Origin: Fibrobacteria bacterium
GTDB lineage: Bacteria; Fibrobacterota; Fibrobacteria; UBA11236
NCBI GenBank assembly: GCA_025360005.1
Contig: JANYDA010000032.1
Coordinates: 148,624-212,623, forward strand
Length of the DNA stretch: 64,000 nt
Reading direction: 5' to 3'
The first letter of the stretch is position 1, and every line of letters begins with the position of its first letter. The notes under the pieces were generated by a model. That model was not told the origin of the DNA and searched no databases. It was given only the letters and a program-made list of their open reading frames with translations. Made by a program: the position numbers and the translations under genes. Shown here piece by piece: positions 56,356-64,000 of the stretch.

Positions 56356-57636
56356 GTGAAAAACAAACTGGATAAGAACTCTAAACGCCCTTCCGGCAAA
56401 TCCAAGGATGCCTCCTCCTCGGACACCAAGGGTAAGGGGAAAGGGGCCAAATCCGCATCCAAGTCCATTCCCGCCCCCGCTGCGAAAAAAGTAAAATCCG
56501 GTAAAGACTCGAAACCGGCCAAGGCAAATTCCAAGTCCGCCTCGGCTTCCAGGGAATCCAAGGCCGAAGAACGGACATCCCCGGGAAAATCCCAATCCCC
56601 TTCCCAAGCCAATCGAAAAGCCTCCGCCCCGGTTTCCAAAAGGCCGGCCGCCTTGAAACCCGCCGCGCGCGCGCGCGGTAAGGCCGAAACCGCCCAATCC
56701 GACGGCGATTTGAGCCTTGACGAGTTTTCCATTTCCCTCATCAAAGCGGGCGAAACCAAAGAACGCATCTGGCGCACCAAGAGCTTTCAACAACAGCCCG
56801 CGCAGCGGGATTTCGGATTTCCCGACGTGGCTCCGGAGCTGCCCGGACATTACAGCCAACCCAAGTTGGTTTTGATGCCCAAGGATCCGGAATACATGTT
56901 CTGCTATTGGGAGCTCACACCGAACTTGGTAGAGGAAAAGGGACGGGCGAAACTGCCGGGAGGCAACTATCGCGAGACTCTGAAAATCAACTGGGAGTCC
57001 AAGTCTTTATTTGAACCCAACTTCACCTTCATCCCCGTATTTTTCTGGGCCCGTAAATGGTACTTCGGGGTACCCCAGGTAGGCCAGCGGTATCAAGTGG
57101 AATTGGGATGGCTTTCCGAAGTCGGCCATTTCATCTCCATCATCGGATCCAATCTCTCGGAGCTTCCGGAAAGCTGGGCGGCCACGCAAAAGCGCCTTGC
57201 CGACCAGGGGGAGATCCTGGCCTATTCCTCCAGCCATACCAAGACCTTGGGCAGTTCCGATCACCTTGTAGTCGAGGATATCCGCAGCTTCGTGCCGGAA
57301 TGGAACCTCAGCTCGGAAAGCATGAGCTCCTCGTCCTGGTCCAGCGCCATTGCGGGGGAAAACATAGCCGGTTCAGCCGATGGGAAGCCCGCGCAATCAG
57401 TTCCACGCGCGGCCAAACCGCGCTCTTCCGCAGCCAAGGCGCGTCTGGAAGTCTCCGGCAAGGTCCGGCCGGGAATCCGCGTCTCCGTCAGCGGCAACGC
57501 CGTTTTCATCGACGACCGGGGTTTTTTCAAAACGGAATTCCCCCACAGCAAAGATACCCTCGAGGTAGAGTTGACCTCCCTTTCAGGCGCCAGCCGCTCC
57601 TTCACTTATGACCTCAAGGAGTTGGTCCTGAACTGA
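56356..57636 (+). CDS. DUF4912 domain protein with lysine-rich (histone H1-like) N-terminal tail
   Basis: GTG start 6 nt after GGAGGT. First ~120 aa are K/S/A/P-rich (KGKGKGAKSASKS...AAKKVKSGKDSKPAKANSK). Core 'LVLMPKDPEYMFCYWELTP' matches the DUF4912 family, which usually sits next to GH57 genes. Confidence 0.7.
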   Translation: MKNKLDKNSKRPSGKSKDASSSDTKGKGKGAKSASKSIPAPAAKKVKSGKDSKPAKANSKSASASRESKAEERTSPGKSQSPSQANRKASAPVSKRPAALKPAARARGKAETAQSDGDLSLDEFSISLIKAGETKERIWRTKSFQQQPAQRDFGFPDVAPELPGHYSQPKLVLMPKDPEYMFCYWELTPNLVEEKGRAKLPGGNYRETLKINWESKSLFEPNFTFIPVFFWARKWYFGVPQVGQRYQVELGWLSEVGHFISIIGSNLSELPESWAATQKRLADQGEILAYSSSHTKTLGSSDHLVVEDIRSFVPEWNLSSESMSSSSWSSAIAGENIAGSADGKPAQSVPRAAKPRSSAAKARLEVSGKVRPGIRVSVSGNAVFIDDRGFFKTEFPHSKDTLEVELTSLSGASRSFTYDLKELVLN

Positions 57637-59207
57637 TGGGTTACCTGAATTTCGTACTGCACGCCCATCTGCCTTACGTCCGACATCCCGAACATGCCCG
57701 CTTCCTGGAAGAGGATTGGTTCTTCGAGGCCATAACCGAGACCTATATCCCCCTGCTTCAGGAGTTCGAGGCCTTGGCCAAGGAGCGCCTGCCTTTCAAG
57801 ATCACCATGAGCCTGACCCCGCCCTTGTGCGAGATGCTCGCCGATGAATTGCTGCAAACACGTTACATTAATCACATCAATAGACTACGCGAGCTGGCGG
57901 AAAAGGAATGCACCCGGACCAAGAACGATCCTGCCTTTTGCTACCTGGCGGCCATGTACCGCAATCTTTTCGAGAAATGCCACAAGGTGTTCAACGGCTA
58001 CGATCGCAACCTGCTGAACGGCTTCCGGAAATTCCAAAAGCTGGGCAACCTGGAAATCATCACTTGCGGAGCCACCCATGGCTTTCTGCCCAACCTGCGG
58101 ATCTCGCCGCGCGCGGTCGAGGCCCAATTGGCCGTGGCGGTGGGCAATTACTGGAAGCACTTCGGGCAGGAACCCTGGGGAATCTGGCTGGGCGAATGCG
58201 GCTACTATCGCGGCCTGGACAAGCTCATCAAGGAAGCCGGCCTCAAGTATTTCTTCGTGGACACGCTCGGCATCCTGCAAGGGGATCCGCCTTCGCCCAA
58301 AGGCAATTACGCTCCCGTGGAAACGCCGCATGGCGCCTTCGCCTTCGCCCGCGACCAGGAATCCTCAAAGGCGGTCTGGTCCGCGGAGGAGGGATACCCG
58401 GGGGACTTCCGGTACCGGGAATTTTACCGGGACGTGGGGTTCGATCTGGACATGCAGTACATCGGCCCGTATATCCATCCCATGGGCCTGCGCATCAATA
58501 CCGGCATCAAGTACTACCGCATCACCGGCAAGGGCAATTCCAAGGAACCGTATGTCGAGGATGCCGCCAAGCAGGCCACCCGCGAGCATGCGGATAATTT
58601 CATATTCAACCGTGACAAGCAGGACGAATGGCTTTCCGGACGGCTGGGCACCCCGGCCTGCATCGTATGCCCCTATGACGCGGAGCTTTTCGGCCATTGG
58701 TGGTACGAGGGACCGATGTTCCTTGGGAACGTGATGCGCAAGCTGCTCACGGAAAAGAACCACCGCGTGCACCTGTCCACCCCGCGCGACTACCTGATGT
58801 CCCACCGGGATGCCCCCCGATCGGATCCGGCCTTCTCTTCCTGGGGCGCCGGAGGCTATGCAGACGTGTGGTTGAACGGCAGCAACGATTGGATCTATCC
58901 CCATCTCCATGAAATCGGGGACCTGATGCATGAGGTGGCCGGCCTGCCCTCGGCAGGGGATCAGGATCGCCGCGCGCGCAACCAGATGGCGCGGGAGCTC
59001 CTGCTGGCGCAGTCATCGGATTGGGCCTTTATCATGAAAACGGGCACCATGGTTGACTATGCGGTCAAGCGCACCAAGGTGCATGTACACAATTGCCTGG
59101 AGCTATACCGGCAAATCCGCACCGCTTCCATCTATGAGCCCTTCCTCCGGAACCTGGAAGCCACGGACAACGTCTTCCCGGAAATCGACTACCAGGTCTA
59201 CGCCTAG
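57636..59207 (+). CDS. GH57-family 1,4-alpha-glucan branching enzyme
   Basis: 'NFVLHAHLPYVRHPE...EDWFFEAITETYIPLL' aligns with Thermus-type GH57 branching enzymes. 523 aa. One-nt overlap with the upstream stop. Confidence 0.85.
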   Translation: MGYLNFVLHAHLPYVRHPEHARFLEEDWFFEAITETYIPLLQEFEALAKERLPFKITMSLTPPLCEMLADELLQTRYINHINRLRELAEKECTRTKNDPAFCYLAAMYRNLFEKCHKVFNGYDRNLLNGFRKFQKLGNLEIITCGATHGFLPNLRISPRAVEAQLAVAVGNYWKHFGQEPWGIWLGECGYYRGLDKLIKEAGLKYFFVDTLGILQGDPPSPKGNYAPVETPHGAFAFARDQESSKAVWSAEEGYPGDFRYREFYRDVGFDLDMQYIGPYIHPMGLRINTGIKYYRITGKGNSKEPYVEDAAKQATREHADNFIFNRDKQDEWLSGRLGTPACIVCPYDAELFGHWWYEGPMFLGNVMRKLLTEKNHRVHLSTPRDYLMSHRDAPRSDPAFSSWGAGGYADVWLNGSNDWIYPHLHEIGDLMHEVAGLPSAGDQDRRARNQMARELLLAQSSDWAFIMKTGTMVDYAVKRTKVHVHNCLELYRQIRTASIYEPFLRNLEATDNVFPEIDYQVYA

Positions 59208-59685
59208 CACAGGCCCCCTTCATGCGGGGGCTTAAGGCCGGTTCCATCCCCCTTCTTTCCCTGATCCGCGCCGCCTTCACGGTGGAAACGTGATTTTTGT
59301 TCTGCTTGAATTCATCTTTACGGTCGGAAACAAAATTGTAAATTTGATCTCCGTGACGGTTGACCTTTAATTTGTCAGGGAAGCGCATTGGAATCAGTTT
59401 CGCGGAAAATGGCGCGGGCAACCTTCACCGCCGCGGGAGAGCAGGCCGAAGCGGCGGTTACGGGAAGGCCCGATCCCGTTTGGCCCCGGCCCGGTTGGGG
59501 CCGCATAAGAGGTATTCCCGGATTTGGGAAGACAAGCGGGTTCTTTCGCTGTTCGATTTTTTTCCCGATTTTGACTTTATCGGGGCGAATGGTTAAAAAA
59601 AAACCGGACGAATCTTCAAGCCACGCGTTCAGGCCGGAATTATTATAAACCTGTATCGGTGAATCAACGGGATGGAGACGATTCC

Positions 59686-59991
59686 ATGGGGAGTTTCAGC
59701 GCGTTGCTGCTCATCTTGGTTTTCCTCGTCATCGGGGCGACCCTGGCAATCCTATTGTTGGCGGTGCTGCGGGAAACCCTTTTCTGGTATTGGCGTTCCA
59801 AGGGCGTGATGCAGGAGCCGGAAGACATCCTCAACCGGCCGCACGAAACCGCCCTCATCATTCGCAAGAGTATCGCGGGAATGAAATTGGGATTGGCTCC
59901 CGGCGCCAACAACCGCGTCCCCACGGCCAAATCCGCCGCCGCGGAAAACAACCCTCCTCCCCATCCCGGTTTTTCCGACACCACCCCGTAA
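59686..59991 (+). CDS. small single-pass membrane protein, hypothetical
   Basis: TM helix FSALLLILVFLVIGATLAILLLAVL. Weak support. Confidence 0.3.
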   Translation: MGSFSALLLILVFLVIGATLAILLLAVLRETLFWYWRSKGVMQEPEDILNRPHETALIIRKSIAGMKLGLAPGANNRVPTAKSAAAENNPPPHPGFSDTTP

Positions 59992-60036
59992 GTCCCGGAT
60001 TGGATCATTGGCATCCGATTCCGCAGGTCGGCGCGT

Positions 60037-61206
60037 TCATTCCTTATCCCCCGGATCGCCGCCCTCATCGATATCCTGGAATCCCAGATGACGAAAGGCG
60101 AATTCGCCGTGGATGCCGAATCCGGTATAGGTTCTATCCGCCACCTGACCATACAAAATGGTTCCCGCCACGCGGATGCGGTGGTATTCCCAGATGCGCA
60201 ATCCCATGCCCAGGCCCGCTTCCGTCTCATGGCCGATCTGGGATCCGTTCCATGAGAAAACGGCTTTGGGCGCCAAGTGGAAACGCCACAGAATATCCGG
60301 ATCGGGAGCCCACACCAGCGACAACTCCAGGTAGACGCGTTGCAGGTTATCGTCCCTATCGGGCGGCTGCAAGTCCGATATCAACTTCAAGCGCCGGTTG
60401 GCGTCCGGCATCTTTACGGCCGCGCCCAGTCCCGTTTGCCAGGCCACGCGCTTCAGGGACTTGAGGTACTCGTAACGCAGCTGGTACAGGTCTCCTTCAT
60501 TGTGGGCCGGGATGCGTATGTCATTGCCTTCGTCCCCGTAAAGGGAAGCCTTGGCGTCCCAACGATGGCGGCCTTCCCGTGTCTGGTAGACGGCCCGTCC
60601 GGAAAAGTCGAAATAGGCGGCCGGGAAAAAAGCCCTGTCCTGGATCAAGTGGAACAGCGCGGGGCGCGCGTACCCGAATCCTCCGAGCAAGGTCCAATTG
60701 GTCCAAGCATAGCGTCCGAATATCGCCGCCTGCAAAGCCCGGGGCGAAAGGAATGCCGAGAAGGGCATGGGGCTGTATCCGTTGGTGACCCGGTAAAGGG
60801 CAAGCGAGTCCGCAATCGGGATGGTATCGCCGTAGAGGGGAATGTTCCCGCCCATGGTAACATACAGATAGTCGCGCAGGATTTCCGCGCTGGCCTGGAG
60901 TTTGAGCGCCAAGGGCTCGCGGTAAGGCGCGGAGAAACCTGGCGCCAGGGTTTCCCGTGAACGCAGCCCGATATGGAACCAGGCGAAGGCCAGCGACTGG
61001 ATGGTGAACCCCTGGTAGAGACTGACCTGGTAAGGATTAGCCTTGCCGGGTTCGGCCGGCGAACTCAGGTAAAAGGCGTCGACGGAGCTATGCGCTATCC
61101 AGGGGAAGCCATGTTCCTGGGCGCCCTCCGTCGTGTCCGGTTTCTGGGCGCAGACGCATACCGCCGCCATCAGGATCAAGCCGGCAAGAAACGCGAACCT
61201 GGTCAT
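60037..61206 (-). CDS. outer-membrane beta-barrel protein, hypothetical
   Basis: Start at the internal Met (MTRFAFLAGLILMAAVCVCAQ). Four-nt overlap with the upstream repeat-protein gene. Aromatic/Gly-rich strands. Confidence 0.65.
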   Translation of the reverse strand: MTRFAFLAGLILMAAVCVCAQKPDTTEGAQEHGFPWIAHSSVDAFYLSSPAEPGKANPYQVSLYQGFTIQSLAFAWFHIGLRSRETLAPGFSAPYREPLALKLQASAEILRDYLYVTMGGNIPLYGDTIPIADSLALYRVTNGYSPMPFSAFLSPRALQAAIFGRYAWTNWTLLGGFGYARPALFHLIQDRAFFPAAYFDFSGRAVYQTREGRHRWDAKASLYGDEGNDIRIPAHNEGDLYQLRYEYLKSLKRVAWQTGLGAAVKMPDANRRLKLISDLQPPDRDDNLQRVYLELSLVWAPDPDILWRFHLAPKAVFSWNGSQIGHETEAGLGMGLRIWEYHRIRVAGTILYGQVADRTYTGFGIHGEFAFRHLGFQDIDEGGDPGDKE

Positions 61207-62864
61207 GGGCCAAGTCGATCCGGACTGCAGAGATAGCATCCGGATTCCTGCGCGCCGGCGCGGAAGGTTCCTCCGAACTCGCCCCAGCCTTCCTTTTCGG
61301 AGGAGAGCACGTCCATTTCCATATCCAGCTCGCGGGTTTCGGAAACCAGGAAGGCCTGGACGGATTTGTCCGCGGTGCGCAACGCCGACCCGGCTCCGAA
61401 GAATTTTCCGGGCAGGAACATGGCGAAAGGACGGGAACCGCGGCTGGGATCCACCGATTCGAACTCGCGCAATATCCTGTCGGCGTGCACTTGGTTTAGG
61501 CGTTCCTGCTTAAGGGAATAGCCCCGCGTCTTGACGGAATGCAAAGCGCCCACGGCGATTGGGCCTTGCGAGCTCAGCAAAGGCTGGGCGGACATGACCC
61601 CTTTCACCACTTCCATGGTGGAGATGCTGCCGTCATGCCGGAACATCACCGCCTGCGGCTGCCCGCGCACGATGAAGGAGGGCGTTAGCACCACGCTGTT
61701 GTCCTGGAAAGCGAGCAGGCCCAACTTGCGCCAGATGCTGTTGCTGTCCAAGGACGCGATTTCCCCCAGCTTGCGCCAAATCAGGTTGTTGCTGTCCAGG
61801 GAAGAAACCTGGCCCAGCCCTTTCCAGACCAGGTTGGAACTGTCGAGGGCGGCCACCTGGGTCAGCGTGCGCAAGAGCAGGTTGCTGCTGTCCAGGGCCG
61901 TCACCTTTCCGAAGGTCTTGAAAAGCGGGTTGCTGCTGTCCAGCGATGTCACCTTCTGCAAATTCCTCAGCAGCAGGTTGTGGCTGTCCAGGGAGGTAAC
62001 CTTGCCGAGACCTTTCCACAATAGGTTGCTGCTGTCCAAGGCGGCCACCTGCGTTAGCGTCTTCCAGATCAGATTGCTTTGATTGAAAGCGGTGGCCTGC
62101 CGCAGCTTCCCCTCGACGGAAGCGGAGTCCACTCCCTTGAGAATGCCCAGGGTGCCCTGGTTCAACTGGACCACCTTGGGCAGCAGGTATGTATACGAGG
62201 AATGCGGATAGAGCACGTAGTGGATATTCTCCATGCTGACGATGACCAACCGCGGCGCATCCCCTATGATCAAGGTGGTGCCCACCGGCACTTCCGAGAT
62301 GGCGCCCTTGTGGAGTATGGCCAGGCCGCGGACGAGCATGGCCGGATTGGCCGGCACCTTGAGCTTCAAAGTGCCCATGGCGGCGGCCTCGGCCTTCTTG
62401 ACCGCGAAGGACGCTTCGAAAGGACGGATGATGGCTTGCGAGAACAGCTTCCGTTTCTCGCCCGCCTCCAGCAATATGTGCAGGGTATCCGGCACGCGGT
62501 TCACGGCGGTGAACAGATCCACCGTTTCCACGCGGCAGCGGTATTCCTCTTTCAACTCCATGCATTCGACGATGAGGCCCCACTTTACGGCGTTGGCATT
62601 CATAGGCGCCAGCAGCGACAACTGCGCGATGCCGCCTTTGGCATGCGCCGAGTCCAGGGAACGCGCGTTTTTCTTGCGGAGATCGAAGACCAGCAGGGAA
62701 GTATCGTCGGCCAGGGATTGGCCCATGTCCCGCGAGAGGCCTTCATTGAAAACGGAGTCGCGCCCTTCCACGTAGGCGCCCAAGACGCTGACGGCGATCT
62801 TGCCCCAAGCCGGGGCGAACGCGAAGCAGGATGCGAAGAGAAGGATCCGCGGGGTGGATTTCAC
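61203..62864 (-). CDS. secreted protein containing seven 16-residue tandem repeats (SNLlWKxLxxVxxLDS)
   Basis: Signal peptide MKSTPRILLFASCFAFAPAWG. Residues ~259-386 hold 7 clean 16-aa units plus one degenerate unit (e.g. SNLLWKGLGKVTSLDS / HNLLLRNLQKVTSLDS / SNPLFKTFGKVTALDS). Confidence 0.75.
   Translation of the reverse strand: MKSTPRILLFASCFAFAPAWGKIAVSVLGAYVEGRDSVFNEGLSRDMGQSLADDTSLLVFDLRKKNARSLDSAHAKGGIAQLSLLAPMNANAVKWGLIVECMELKEEYRCRVETVDLFTAVNRVPDTLHILLEAGEKRKLFSQAIIRPFEASFAVKKAEAAAMGTLKLKVPANPAMLVRGLAILHKGAISEVPVGTTLIIGDAPRLVIVSMENIHYVLYPHSSYTYLLPKVVQLNQGTLGILKGVDSASVEGKLRQATAFNQSNLIWKTLTQVAALDSSNLLWKGLGKVTSLDSHNLLLRNLQKVTSLDSSNPLFKTFGKVTALDSSNLLLRTLTQVAALDSSNLVWKGLGQVSSLDSNNLIWRKLGEIASLDSNSIWRKLGLLAFQDNSVVLTPSFIVRGQPQAVMFRHDGSISTMEVVKGVMSAQPLLSSQGPIAVGALHSVKTRGYSLKQERLNQVHADRILREFESVDPSRGSRPFAMFLPGKFFGAGSALRTADKSVQAFLVSETRELDMEMDVLSSEKEGWGEFGGTFRAGAQESGCYLCSPDRLGP
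61707..62092. repeat. 48-bp-period coding tandem repeat (about 8 copies)
   Basis: 'gttgctgctgtccagg...' recurs every 48 nt. It is also visible as the LLLSR/LLSKD periodicity in the antisense ORF 61531..62082. Confidence 0.7.
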
Positions 62865-62944
62865 CTCGCTATTATACCCTTCCCGATGGGGCGGGAAGCA
62901 ACCGATGCGTTATCGCGGAGTCCCCTCCGTGATAGGGTTATCCC

Positions 62945-64000
62945 TTATCCGGGATAGCCGCCTTCCCATTCATTCCCCATCGCCACGCGCGCGCCCAGGC
63001 GCTGGAAGGTGCGGTACAGGCCGTAACGCGCGCGATCCAGGAATACGAAATCGGGAGCGAACTCGATCCCCTTCACGCTCCGGAACAGGCTCCACGCTTC
63101 CGCCCGGCATTCCTGGAAATAGTTCCCGGCCGATCCGAAATCGAAAACCGCGTTCCGATAGGGACGCAAGACCCATTCTCCCATCGAACGCAAATGCTTT
63201 TCCAACCCGGAGAAATCCGCGCGCCTGTCCGTAATGCGCAGGATGCCGATGGAAGCGTATTCCTCCACCAGGGAATAGGCATTGCCGTTCCCCCGGTAGC
63301 CTTTGGCATGCATGGCGAAAAGCTTGCTGAGGTTGGCGCTGAAGGAAGGCGGGAAGGATTTGACGCATCCGAAATCGAGCATGGCCACGCTGCCGTCTTC
63401 CTGCACCCGCTTCGATCCGGACTTTCCGATCCGGATCAGGAAATTGCCGGGATTGGGATCCGCGTTCAGGGCGTTGAGCACGTACACCGATTTCAGGTAG
63501 ACGCTCCAGAGGATTTTCGCGAGCGCGTCCCGCTCCTCCTGGCCGGGGCCGCCCGCCAGCCATTCCGCCAAATGGGCACCTTCCAGAAAATCGGTGGCCA
63601 GGATGGTCTCCCGGCTATAGGCCGCGTGTACGGCCGGCACGGTAACCTCGGAGATACCCAGGTTCCCGCGGAACCAATCCGTCCATCTGGCCTCATGGCC
63701 GTAGGACAACTCCTCCAACATGCGATCGGCCACTTCCGTCCAGGCGCCCTGCACTTCTTTGAGCCAAGGGAGCGCGGATGCGAAACCGCCCACCACGGCC
63801 AGGTCGTTGCGGACCGTCCGCGCGATGCCCGGGTACTGCAGTTTGACCGCGATCCTGCGATCGTCATGGGTGACGGCCAAATGCACCTGCCCCAGGCTGG
63901 CCGCCGCGAAAGGCGTTTCCGAAAAACTCTTGAAGAGGGCTTCCGGAGGCGCTCCCAGGTTAGCGGAAACCGCCTGGCGTACCAGCGCGCGGTTCATGGG
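62945..64000 (-). CDS. ABC1/UbiB-family atypical kinase, C-terminal part (gene probably continues past the window end)
   Basis: 'AAASLGQVHLA' ADCK/ABC1 signature and 'AMLDFGCV' DFG-like motif. The first Met lies at the window edge, so the N-terminus is probably truncated. Confidence 0.75.
   Translation of the reverse strand, partial: PMNRALVRQAVSANLGAPPEALFKSFSETPFAAASLGQVHLAVTHDDRRIAVKLQYPGIARTVRNDLAVVGGFASALPWLKEVQGAWTEVADRMLEELSYGHEARWTDWFRGNLGISEVTVPAVHAAYSRETILATDFLEGAHLAEWLAGGPGQEERDALAKILWSVYLKSVYVLNALNADPNPGNFLIRIGKSGSKRVQEDGSVAMLDFGCVKSFPPSFSANLSKLFAMHAKGYRGNGNAYSLVEEYASIGILRITDRRADFSGLEKHLRSMGEWVLRPYRNAVFDFGSAGNYFQECRAEAWSLFRSVKGIEFAPDFVFLDRARYGLYRTFQRLGARVAMGNEWEGGYPG

Noticed and set aside
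1-64000. CRISPR arrays, transposases, toxin-antitoxin pairs and restriction-modification genes
   Set aside because: No short regularly spaced repeats and no IS/transposase or R-M signatures were seen anywhere in the window. The only DNA-level repeats are the coding 48-bp array (61707..62092) and the 12-nt ATGCAT tandem (20290..20319).

Overview
This is a high-GC, densely coded bacterial chromosomal segment of about 60 protein genes plus one tRNA. GC content is roughly 60-65% by eye, not computed. No rRNA, CRISPR array, transposase or integrase is visible. Recognisable housekeeping genes are class II ribonucleotide reductase nrdJ (Zn-ribbon tail) with an adjacent DUF255 thioredoxin-domain gene, hup (HU), bcp, purE-purK, mgsA, proS, gpsA, thrC, PBP1A and tRNA-Arg(ACG). 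Between them sit many envelope and secreted protein genes: lipoproteins, beta-barrel outer-membrane proteins, a T9SS-type C-terminal sorting tail, a PA14/fibro-slime-like protein, a DUF1080 protein and a TIGR02147/DUF4423 HTH protein. This set points to an FCB-superphylum-like organism, which is an inference. Clusters worth attention: (1) an Hpt / Hpt-REC-GGDEF-REC / His-less Hpt / membrane-protein locus with no histidine kinase; (2) a HAD - PlsB-like GPAT - GpsA - GT28 DAG glycosyltransferase - amidohydrolase lipid operon; (3) a lipoprotein + OMP + lysine-rich DUF4912 + GH57 branching enzyme alpha-glucan locus; (4) a secreted protein made of a previously unnamed 16-residue tandem repeat (48-bp DNA period), translationally coupled to an OMP gene; (5) a zinc-ribbon, tail-anchored predicted pseudokinase; (6) a GATC-dense nested inverted-repeat element in the hup leader. 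Several very long ORFs in the supplied track are antisense shadows of real genes and were rejected.
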